Of a stretch of 63,360 nucleotides of DNA, positions 1 through 11,300 are shown piece by piece. The stretch is from Tubiluchus corallicola (taxonomy: Eukaryota > Animalia > Priapulida): the NCBI GenBank assembly GCA_030141605.1, contig JAQGDQ010000343.1, positions 186,001 to 249,360 of the forward strand, read 5' to 3'. The translations under genes were made by a program, and so were the position numbers. Numbering within the stretch: the stretch's first letter is position 1; every line of letters starts with the position of its first letter. Below the pieces are notes generated by a model, which had not been told where the DNA came from, did no database searches, and saw nothing but the letters and a program-made list of their open reading frames with translations.

Positions 1-37
1 CATGGAGAACTCTTTGACAACCACTTTTGTTGCTTAA

Positions 38-505
38 AGGACAAAAAAGAGAATTTTTGCAGAAGGTTGAAAAAATTGCCTTAGAATTTGTATCACTTAC
101 ATGCCATCTTATTGCGCACAGAGGTTGTATTAGCAGTCAGCAGTAATGCTATATAAAATCCTGCCCTGACAGCTAGCGTGCAGCCATTTTAACGGTCGGT
201 CGTTTGGGTAGGAAATTGAAGCAAGCGCAGATAACCGCATGCATGATTAAAGCACAAGAAAAGCACTTACATAAAGCTTAAAATTTTATACCACTTACAC
301 GCTGCCTTTTTGCATGCAGGGCTTGTGTCGACAGTAACGCTTTATAAAACTTGTTAATTTAAACTCCCGCGATGACCGTTAGTGATTTTAATGGTAAGTC
401 GTTTGAAGTAAGTTTAGATAACATTGCATGAAGTTCGAAAAAATAATCAGAGCATTCATAGCTCACTAAACAAATGCATTAATTACTTTTACTTTTCAAT
501 AATAA
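38..505. mobile_element. Fragments of TTAA-flanked non-autonomous DNA transposon family B (Kolobok-like)
   Basis: TTAA|AGGACAAAAAAG at ~34 and TTAA|AGCACAAGAAAAG at ~247; body resembles 3677-4328 and 60357-60965. Confidence 0.5.
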
Positions 506-720
506 TATGTTACTAAAATCGTCCATAAGTCTGCAATTCTAGTTATTCACATATCCCGAATCCTGAATAAAATTGGCCATGTAAGCAGCTTTGTCAGAAG
601 TCACTCGTCCATTTGCTAATCAAATTTAGTGTTGCCTAACTCTGTACTAATTAATTTTGATTAAAATACATTCTTTACTAACATTTGTTAAGAATGCTGT
701 GATTTTCTTTTGCATTGCAG

Positions 721-811
721 TTCTGCCTTGAAGGACATTGTGCAGAAACAACTGTATGTATTCTTGAAACATTCGTTCCTACGCTGGCCCCTAGACTACT
801 CGTTTAGACTG
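721..811 (+). CDS. SMPD4: Sphingomyelin phosphodiesterase 4 (nSMase3), internal exon (5' exons lie outside the window)
   Basis: ttgcag| acceptor, |gtaagt donor; translates SALKDIVQKQLYVFLKHSFLRWPLDYSFRL, matching the SMPD4 motif [20 protein letters not shown]. Confidence 0.92.
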
Positions 812-857
812 GTAAGTTTCAAGTAGCTAAAATAACCTTTTTTCACAGTTTCGTTGT

Positions 858-1297
858 ACACACGCTGTTGCTGTAGGTCAAAGGTCAAGTGTAGCGCAGC
901 AACGCGTCTTAACTACAATTGTCACGTGTCTCACGTGTGCTCAAGTAACTTCAGTTGTTTCACGTGGACTTTACTTAATTATGCATTAGACTGTGCGTAG
1001 ACTGACACACGCTGTTGCTGTAGGTCAAAGGTCAAGTGTAGTGCAGCAACGCGTCTTAACTACAATTGTCACGTGTCTCACGTGTGCTCAAGTAACTTCA
1101 GTTGTTTCACGTGGACTTTACTTAATTATGCATTAGTCTATGCATAGACTGACACATGCTGTTGCTGTAGGTCAAAGGTCAAGTGTAGCGCAGCAACGCA
1201 TCTTAACTATAATTGTCACGTGTCTCATGTGTGCTCAAGTAACTTCAGTTGTTTCACGTGGACTGTACTTAATTATGCATTAGACTATGCGTAGAGT
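858..1297. repeat. 147-bp tandem repeat, 3 copies
   Basis: CA(C/T)GCTGTTGCTGTAGGTCAAAGGTCA recurs at 861, 1008 and 1155. Confidence 0.95.
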
Positions 1298-1835
1298 GAT
1301 TTACTAGCAGGACCTTGCTTGGGCGCATTTTTTGCTACATTAATTTATTCATTAATGTCGTCATTATTCATTAATTAAGTATTCATTAATTTATATGCTA
1401 CATGCCAACACCGTTCCACTTCAGTTTCCATGTCAATGACAACATCAGCATGTGGTTGTTTAATTGCATTTCTATTTGTAGTCATATAATTCATCTATAA
1501 ACGTCAGTTTTCCATATTGATAGCAATGTATTTTTATACAGTTCAGCAAGGCTGCAAAGCAGATTCAGCAGCAGCGCCTGTTTAATGTGAATCAGTGTGG
1601 CAGGACCAGAACCTGGTTCATTATCAATGTGAGGTGCTGAACCAGCAGGAGTGTCAGCCTCAACAGATGCCAGTGCCCGTAGCTGTTTATAGTGTGGCCC
1701 AAAAAAACTAGTGTTTAACGAGAAATTTTATGTAATAAGATGCAGTTTTAAACAAAAATTATTGCTTTGAAATTATGTAAGGCCTGAAAAATTGTCCTGT
1801 TCTCCTTTAATAATACAGTTTTTATATTTTTGTAG

Positions 1836-1936
1836 GTGTTGGAAACATGGTTAAGTTATATCCAACCCTGGAGGTACGTGTCCGGTGGCTCCCCCGCTCA
1901 TCGACAAACTGAAGAACGACACGTCGATAGAAAATG
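1836..1936 (+). CDS. SMPD4: SMPD4 exon ending in a GC donor
   Basis: tgtag| acceptor; VLETWLSYIQPWRYVSGGSPAHRQTEERHVDRKW (cf. VLEMWLSYLQPWRY); TG|GCAAGT gives the phase 2 required by the next exon. Confidence 0.9.
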
Positions 1937-2109
1937 GCAAGTTTGATGTTCAAATAACTAGCCAATGTTTAAGTTCCTTTTAATATTATGTCTTAATTCT
2001 TCTATTTGAAGTTGTCCCTGTAATACTATTTGTGTACTTGTGCGGTAAGATCGTACATAAGACGACTTATATAGTTGTGTATTTCAATAATTTTTAATAA
2101 TTATTATAT

Positions 2110-2698
2110 GTCTGTTTGCATAGCAAAAACGTCCATAAGATAGCAATTAAGCTTTTCTAGTTATTCACATATCCTGAATCTCCATTTCATGAGGATCATT
2201 TTGATACCAAGTTCATTGCTCCATGTTATTTCTAAGCTGAGATAATCCACGTTGAAATTGAGGTGCAGGTTATGCACTGAAAAATGTTATCTTGAGAAAA
2301 TCGCTGTTAAAGTCAGCTATTGTTTTTTGTTGTGTTTCTCCAAAACACTTAGCAACCGTACGAATGTTGGTTGCTACGGACTTTACCAGAACACATTGCA
2401 GTTATGTTTAAATCCAGTAGATGGCTCTTCCTGATGAAGATCCAACAGGGCTTGGCAACAGGAAAAACCCAAAGCAAAATGACAGCTTGGCGAGCTACTA
2501 TCAGAGTTTGAAAACAGGAGTTTTCTACAAATGCAGTACTAGTTTCTAGACAAAATGAACAATTTCTTGATAATTTGATGCTAGCATGTAAATGTCCAAT
2601 ATGTTTAGAAATTGTTTTTTTATAAAAAAAACAAAAAAATCGACATTTGTCCAAACTTTTTGTGTCATTCTACTTTGAAGCATCATAAAGTAGTTTTA
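2110..2698 (+). mobile_element. MITE family A (Sola1-like), right end truncated
   Basis: Same body as the full copy at 22557-23200 (…ATTTCATGAGGATCATTTTGATACCAAG…). Confidence 0.8.
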
Positions 2699-2989
2699 TT
2701 TCACATTTGCACCACTAGTTCTTCGCCGTTACTTGCATTTCGCCATTCGTTAGTTAGACGGGCACTAGCATCTGCATCTCGAAAATGCATTGCATAAAGA
2801 ACAGGTGCTTTAGCTCTAAGTTTAAATGTGTTAGTTTGTGACGAACTACACACATTTGACAGCTCATGCGTGAGCACATTGGTAAATTTGAAATTTGATT
2901 TTTATCTTAAAACTTGCCTAGTTTCAGTTGAACACAATGAATATCTTACAGTACCACTGTACTTCAATTTTCCCTTTTGCAAACATGTG

Positions 2990-3197
2990 CAACAACGCTC
3001 GTGGAATATTTTTGCTGTTGAAAATTATGTTAGTTTGTGATGTCATCAATAGCTGGGTTCGCCTGCCATTAATTAGGTTTTTAATCCGTTATTTATTTAT
3101 CAGAAACGCTTTTGCAGTATTAATTGTGTTAAACTGTTTACTTTTTAACGGACTTGAAAATGAGGTAGTGTATGAAAAATCACCGTGTCTTTCTTTA
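2990..3197 (+). mobile_element. Fragment of dispersed repeat family E ending in CTTTAA
   Basis: Homologous to 37920-38163 (TTTGTGATGTCATCA…CCATTAATTA.GTTTTTAA). Confidence 0.55.
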
Positions 3198-3676
3198 ATA
3201 ATACAGAAGTCACCACTAAATAAGACCAGCTACAGATTAGAACCATTTAGGCACGATCTGCCATTATTCCCATAGAAACTATTGTTACGAACATTCGGGT
3301 AATAAAACCAGGGTGTCGTTAATGAGACCACATTTTTCAGTAATATGTGACAAAAGCTATAGTAGATGAAAAAATAAAATGTACTTTTGGTACTTTGCCT
3401 ATTTTGACTGCACACAGTTTTCTAGATTCACCTCGTCTTAGTCAAAGTTACACTGAAAGCTAAAGTCAATCGTTTCATCGTTTCATCGCAACAGCTTTAC
3501 ATGTGCAGCTGCTAAAGTACATTTCAGTGAACTTGAATCACTGTTGTACGCTCAATTCATTCTGTAGGTAAGTGAGTGAGCTGCTTATTAGTATGAAGCT
3601 GCTGCCCATCGTGTTTTGCGAAATACACAAGCTTGCAACGAAACACCGTTTATTAGGAAGACCTACATATTTTTAA

Positions 3677-4328
3677 AGCACAAGTAAACCCTCCACTTAC
3701 ATAAAGCTTAAAAAATTCGTTTCGAAATTTTATACCACTTACATACTACCTTTTCGTATGCATGGCTTGCGTCAGCCTTAACGCTGTGTAAAACGTGTAA
3801 ATTTAAACTCCCGCAATGACCGTTAGGCGCAGCCATTTTAATGGTAAGTCATTTGATAACATGAAGTAAAGCTTGAAAAAATAATCAGAGCATTCGTAGC
3901 ACACACGTCACTAACTAAGTAAAATTTTAAATTACTTGTACCTTGTCAATAAGATCAAAAATACGTTTTTGGCTATTGAGTGGCGCACCCTAGAGGGTGA
4001 GTCAGTGACATTTTACCAATTGGCACAAACATTTTAAATTATTAATCTAGTTACATAAGTCTCTCCAGCACGTAAGTGAAATGCTAAGTAATATAGATTT
4101 GCATGCAAAGTTTTTTGGGACATAATTTAACATTTCCTTTTCTTCCCCTGATTTACGTGGCATAGTGACGTCATGTAATGGCATCGGGACAGGATTGCGG
4201 GTGATTTAAAATGAAAACGAAAATTCCTTTCAATGCGAGTACGATAATTGCATAAAATTGCTATAAAGTAATATAATTTTTTAAGGTGATTTTTCTGAAA
4301 CCAACTCTAGGTGCCCTTTTCTTAGCCA
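3677..4328. mobile_element. MITE family B (Kolobok-like), TTAA at both ends
   Basis: TTAA|AGCACAAGTAAACCC … CCCTTTTCTTAGCCA|TTAA; homologous copies elsewhere in the window. Confidence 0.7.
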
Positions 4329-4408
4329 TTAAATATGGTGGCTGTTGTACCACATATCATAACTATTTCTTTCATTTTTTTAAAATTAAGAATGTTTTTT
4401 TATTACAG

Positions 4409-4572
4409 GGAACAATTCATAACGGCGAATCTGCTTTTCTACACGGTTCTGTTTCAAGTGTACGTGCCCCGCGTGTTCCGAACAGATCTGAGCAGTCCTA
4501 GGAACGCTTACATGCTCTTCCGGGTCACCAAAATTTTCAGCCTGTCAAATCTTAGCAATATTCTACAACAAG
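4409..4572 (+). CDS. SMPD4: SMPD4 exon
   Basis: ttacag| acceptor, |gtaaga donor; EQFITANLLFYTVLFQVYVPRVFRTDLSSPRNAYMLFRVTKIF (cf. ENLLMYTKLF…[20 protein letters not shown]). Confidence 0.93.
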
Positions 4573-4824
4573 GTAAGACACTACACTTTTAATTTTCATA
4601 AATAAAATATTGCGACTACTTTTTCAGCGTCACAACCCCCCCTGGCTTTCACGTCATTCGTAAGTCACAGCGTCGACAAGAAGGTATTGTCACTCTATTA
4701 CATTTTTACAAGTAATCGGACAATTATTAATAAAATAAGAATCAACTTATTAGTTTGTATGTCTTGGACAAGAAAGCACGTGTTTTGATAAATCCATCGC
4801 CTTCTGTTGCAAGATGAAAAACTG

Positions 4825-5126
4825 ATACGAAAAAGCATAAAAATGTAATTTATAAGTCCATGGCAACCAACATTCGTACGGTTGCTAAGTTTTTTGTAGA
4901 AACGCGATAAAAACAATGGTTGATTTTAACGGTGATTTTCTCAAGGTTAGATTTTTCATTGCATGACCTGCACCTCAACTTCAACGTGGATTATCTCAGA
5001 TTAGAAATAATCCAGACCAATGAGCTTGGTATCAAAATGATCCTCATGAAATGGAGATTCAGTATACGTGAATAACTAGAAAAACTTAATTGCTGACTTA
5101 TGCACGATTTTGCTATGCAAGCACCT
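4825..5126 (-). mobile_element. MITE family A, partial, reverse orientation
   Basis: Reverse complement of the family A left half; ends GCAAGCACCT|AAAT. Confidence 0.75.
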
Positions 5127-5500
5127 AAATGCTTGTAGTTCCAAAACTTACTTGTGATTTAAGGGTTACAGCTCTGAATGACAGGCAAGATAGTATGAAG
5201 TTGCACGCTGTACGTGGTTCGTGCTTGAATTGCTAAGCTGCCACTTCTAATAAGACTTTTTTGCTAAATATGAGAAGTGAGCAACTGTGTGTTTGAAAAT
5301 AACTGGTCTGCATTTAAAGGCTTTGGTCTCATAAATTGGCTATCGTGTTAGGTAATAACGTATCCATGGTGAAAAATAATCAGGCAAAAAAACTTTTTGT
5401 ATATTAAGTGTTTATTTTTCTCCATCAGTTTACATAAATGTAACAGTAAATATAGAAAAGATACAAATGTTCAACAGAGAAAGGGTGGCGAAAAAACCAA

Positions 5501-6283
5501 AGGTTAATGAGTCAGCCACCCTTCTCAGCAGGTTAACGAGTCAGCCACCCTTTTCAGATGGTTAACAAGTCAGCCACCCTTCTCAGAAGGTTAATGAGTC
5601 AACCACCCTTCTCAGACGGTTGGCGAGTCAACCACCCTTCTCAGAAGGTTAATGAGTCAACCACCCTTCTCAGAAGGTTAATGAGTCAACCACCCTTCTC
5701 AGAAGGTTAATGAGTCAGCCATCCTTACCAGAAGGTTAACAAGTCAACCACCCTTCTCAGAAGGTTAATGAGTCAACCACCCTTCTCAGAAGGTTAATGA
5801 GTCAACCACCCTTCTCAGAAGGTTAATGAGTCAGCCATCCTTATCAGAAGGTTAACAAGTCAACCACCCTTCTCAGAAGGTTAATGAGTCAACCACCCTT
5901 CTCAGAAGGTTAATGAGTCAGCCACCCTTCTCAGAAGGTTAATGAGTCAACCACCCTTCTCAGAAGGTTAATGAGTCAACCACCCTTCTCAGAAGGTTAA
6001 TGAGTCAGCCATCCTTATCAGAAGGTTAACAAGTCAACCACCCTTCTCAGAAGGTTAATGAGTCAACCACCCTTCTCAGAAGGTTAACAAGTCAACCACC
6101 CTTCTCAGAAGGTTAATAAGTCAGCCACCCTTCTCAGAAGGTTAACAAGTCAACCACCCTTCTCAGAAGGTTAATGAGTCAACCACCCTTCTCAGAAGGT
6201 TAACAAGTCAACCACCCTTCTCAGAAGGTTAATAAGTCAGCCACCCTTCTCAGAAGGTTAACAAGTCAGCCACCCTTCTCAGA
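5501..6283. repeat. 29-bp minisatellite, ~27 copies
   Basis: Unit AAGGTTAATGAGTCAACCACCCTTCTCAG. Confidence 0.97.
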
Positions 6284-8379
6284 AGACAGTAGTAAACAAA
6301 TGATACAAATGAACTGATTATTTATAAATCAATAACGAAAAGTACATAAACATCCAGAAATACAAAATAAATGCAAAAACCTGCCATTTTTAAAAAAAAT
6401 GCAAGTCAAAATTAAGAATAAAAACGTGGTTCAAACAAAAACCGGATCAAAATGAGAAAAATACTTAAATATTGAGAAAAAACAGTGGGAATAAATGAGA
6501 AAATATCGGGAATCAAGATTTCAGACAATGCATATTTCAAACAAGAATCAGATAAAGTTCAAATCACACAAACAAGAACAGAGCAAGACTGTTTAAGAAA
6601 AGTATGATATCATGATAATACTGAACAAACTACCACGGCCTTATTATTCTATAGGCGAGTATAGGCTACAGCCTAGGGCATCTTAAGTTTCGGGGCCCTC
6701 GAGATTTGGTGACATTTGATAAAATAAAATATCCATTCTTTCACTATGGTTATGCTGAAATATGTGCTAATCTGGTTTGCAATAATAGTAAAATAGTGGT
6801 ACATGTATTGCTGAAAGAATATTTTCACAGACAAACAAAAGATAACTATTCTAGTTCATTTAAACAATTTGCAATTTTCAACCCATGTAAATGTCGTTAA
6901 AATATATAAGAAGTAAAAAATGTGCAAGACGGGTGTGAGCGAGTTAGAGGGTGGTTCCGTCTGAGGGGCCCTCCATAATTTCATTAGCCCAGGGCCCCAA
7001 AAGGTCATAATCTGACATTGGACCGTATTTATATACAGTAAAATATTAACTTCTCCTACAATGGCAAGTAACTTCAAGAGAAGTAATAACTGGAAAATAG
7101 ATCTATATTGAGGCCATAAATATACATATAAATAACATTACATCAACATAAATCACATTAGAATTATTACTCAGAGAATTACAATAACAGTAAGTAAGCA
7201 ATTTATTGTCATTATAGCATAATACATATAATGAAATTTATGTGGCTTTACATACTGCAATAACTTATAGAAACAACAAGGAGATTAATGCAAATAATTC
7301 AATCAGTTGTACAGTAACATAGAGAATTAATATTGGAGATTTACTGAAATACTCTAGCAAAAAGATGAGTTGATGCTTGAATTTGAAGAATGACAAAATG
7401 TGATCCTGTTGTACTTTTCATAACAGCAAAATATACAAAACAACTATACAATTTGAGGAATGAAAACACTTTAAGTTTTAAGCATAAAATTAAGGAAAAG
7501 TAAAAATAAAAATTAACAGTTGACGTTGCCACTCTGTTTTTGTTTTTAAAATAGCATTTAAAATATTTTAATGCACCAAAAAATAAACTCATTATCAAGT
7601 GCTTCAGTTACATCGTTTTCATATCATTTTCTTTCATTTAGTTTTTTGGCGACAAAAAAACCACACAGTTGCATTTGCCCTTTTATTTCATTATATTAAC
7701 ATGTTTATGTAGGATTGCTCATTGAGCTCAATGCATAAAATTGTTGATTAACAGTGCATTCTTGTTACTCAGGGCAAGAGTTACCAGTAATCATAGTAAG
7801 CCATTGGTCTAGGGCCCATGGGTATGTGAGGGTTGCACTGGAACAAATTTATCGCACAGCGCGCCAGCGTATAACCTTATTTCAAGTGTACATCTGGGGT
7901 TTCTTTATATAATATATTCAGAAACACAAGGGCTCCTGTACAGTATGTACAGGGCATGCAGTATGAGGCCCTGTGGATTATGGGGCCACTGCCACATTTT
8001 ATCAAAAAGGAAATCTTCACTGCATTATCAAAAAGCTCCGCAACTTGGACGGTAGCTTCCGGCCTGGGGAGTAGGGTCTCTCAAACTCAGGTGCGCTAAC
8101 ATAATTCGTGAACTTTAATCAACTAAGATCAAACAGCCATGGATCAGCAAACGTAATGACAATGAATAATTAGTATGAACAAGCGGCTACTTTTTAACGA
8201 CTGGATACACACAATTTGATAGCAGCATTGAGTTATTATCGTTGGACATGAGAAATTATTGATTTACTCAAACTATCATCCTTGAAAGTCTTTGCAACGC
8301 ACCTAAAAACGAAAGAACGATGACGACATCGCGAGGGAAGCATCTTCTCATATGAGATAGTATGCCGGGAAGCAGGAAA

Positions 8380-11300
8380 AATCAAAAAGAATGTTGATTC
8401 TTTTCCAATTTTAGTAGCAAATTGTTCGTGTGCCACAAATATAGCTCTGCCGGATGAATCACCACTTTTCTCTTATTAACATCAAGTACAACAAAGTTTG
8501 CCTAACGTTTCACATGGTTTATTATGGGGAGTTTTACACAGTTCTGCCTGTTGCCATATAGATTTTTCACCAGCCATACAAATCGGCATATGTGCATCCA
8601 GAGTACCTACTTCCTTGTCATCAAAAACACATTGTAAGACTTTACAGGATGCTTCCTATCTGTCACCCTCTCAATTTCCAATGCACACCTTGCGAGAAAC
8701 AAGGAAAAAATAATGTGCCTGACAAAAGTGCTAATGAAAACAGACCTTTATGGCAAAACCGTGGAGTTTGATGAAGAATCGTGTATGATAAAATTGATTA
8801 CTATTCTGAAGTATCAGCCAGACAAGGTGATTGATTCATACATGATCAAAGAAGCTTTTCTACAAGAAGTGAACAGAGCTTCCGAAGGTGACATGTGGAA
8901 TGAAAAGAACATTGTTCAGCATGTACTGAGCTTCTTGCAATATATATCTGCATGTTGTAGACATAGGAACTCTCTTAAAACACTATTTGTAATATCTATA
9001 GGTTTCTGTGTCGAAAACTCTCCACTGCCTGCCCTTGTACAAGTTTCCACAAACTATGGTGACAGTTTGCATGAAAGCTTTTACGATGGCAGACACCTGC
9101 ATCCACATATTTATAGGTTTCTGTGTCGAAAAGACTCCACTGCCTGCCCTTGTACAATTTTCCACAAAAAATGGTGACAGTTTGCATGAAAGTCGTTATG
9201 ATGGCAGACACCTGCATCCACATTACTGTCTTTATGAAAGTTTACATTTATCAAATACAAATTTATGCAAATTGCATGTCTGGCCATGACAAAGGTAATC
9301 GGAAAAGAAGATTAACACTTTTCTTTTACTAACATCGAGTACAACAAAGTTTGCCTCACGTTTCACATGATTTATTATGGAGAGTATTATAAAGTCCTAC
9401 CTGTAGCCATAGATTTTTCACCTGCCATTGAAATAGCCAAATGTGAATCCAGAGTACCTACTTCCTTGTCATCAAAAACACATTGTAAGACATTACAGGA
9501 TGCTTCCTATCTTACACCTTTTCAGTTACATGCTGTTTGCAAACCTATGACCAACATTTCTGACAACTCTTTGTAGAAACTGACAACAAGTCAGAAAGAA
9601 AGCATTGGAATAAAAAAATAGCCAGAATTGAGGAAAAGAGAGAAATCCAGAGTACCTACTTCCTTGTCATCAAAAACACATTGTAAGACATTACAGGATG
9701 CTTCCTATCTTACACCTTTTCAGTTACATGCTGTTTGCAAACCTATGACCAACATTTCTGACAACTCTTTGTAGAAACTGACAACAAGTCAGAAAGAAAG
9801 CATTGGAATAAAAAAATTGCCAGAATTGAGGAAAAGAGAGTAATGCACCTGACAAAGGTGCTAATGAAAAAAGAACTTTATGGCAAAATCTTGGAGTTTG
9901 ACAAATAACGTCTTCTCAATGTTTATGAGAAGGTCAACATTGGAAAGTTGTTTAATACTCAAAAATATCAACCTTGCAAGTTAATTGACAGTTATCTAAT
10001 GAAAACGGCTTTTCTGCAAGAAGTAAAGGAAGTTTCCAAAGACGACTTGCGGAGTGAAGAGAATACTGTTTAGCGTGTACTGAACTTTTTGCAATATATA
10101 TCTACGTGTTGTAGATATAGGAACTCTCGTAAAACACTATTTGTAATATTTATAGGTTTCTGTGTCGAAAAGGCTCCACTGCCTGCCCTTGTACAATTTT
10201 CCACAAAAGATGATACTTTCTTGGCATCAAAAACACATTGTAAGGGACTAGTTGTATGTAAACCCTTGACAAACCTTTCTGACAACTCATTCTGAACACT
10301 GATCTCAAGTGAAAAGAAAGTTTGATAATACAATACATGCCAGAATCAATGAAAAGAGTAGTGTGCCTGACAAAAGCATTACTCAAAGAAGACATTTATG
10401 GCAAAGTGGCAGACGAAGAACGTCTTTCCAATGTGTATGAGAAAATCAACATTGGAAAGTTGTTTAACATTCTGATGTTCCAGCCTGACAAGCTGACAGA
10501 TTCGTATCTGATTTAGTTGTAGATTTAGGTCTGTGCCACACTACATCCCGCATGACAACTTCGTTGACGTCAAAAGCACATTGTAAGACACTGCAAAGTA
10601 CTTCCTATCTGTCACTCTTTGAGTTACATGCTGCACATAAACCTATACTATACTATTATCATACCATTTTATCGTGCTATTATTATATTTGACTCACTTG
10701 CTAAAGAAGTCATTAATGGATGCGGGAATTTGGAAGTTATCAATACCACACTACACAAGGCATCTCCTAGCTTAGTGAGCAGGACCGCCGAAAATTCGGT
10801 TTAAAAAATTGGAATTTAAAACATGCTTATTGAAAACATATTAAATCAATAGAAACTTTTCTTAAAGAAGACATTGGCAACATTTCTACATTATGCAATT
10901 CGAAATAAAGACTTGAAGCTTCTTCAACTTTTGTTGGAGAATGGAAGTGATCCAGGTAATAAGGAAGGTGATGCACTGCTACACCTAGCTGCACACGCAT
11001 GTATCAGATGCAGAAGTGGCATAGTACAACATTTAGTAGAACATCGCATTGACATCGAAAAAGAAGACATTAAGAGGCAGCCGACAATCAACGACGAGTA
11101 TAAAGATCAAACGGGATATTAATTCTTTTCCTGCTTTTGTGGGAAGCAGTTCATGTGGCATAAACATTGGCCTCCTGGATGAATATGATTACTTGATTGT
11201 TTTAAAGCAGTTCAGTAATAACAATACTATTTTTCCTAACCCTGTACAGATTGATACAAAAAAGGATTGCATCCGCATTGCAATCTTTATGAAAACTCAC

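Noticed and set aside
858-1297. 147-bp period as a nucleosome-positioning signal
   Set aside because: Only three copies and no linker; likely coincidence
2252-2797. Short ORFs recurring at 2.3, 4.7, 23, 24.4, 44.3 and 61.7 kb
   Set aside because: Chance frames in copies of non-coding MITE family A
5501-6283. CRISPR-like array (also considered for 28383-30398 and 50352-51585)
   Set aside because: Units are head-to-tail with no unique spacers, no cas genes are present, and the context is a eukaryotic intron
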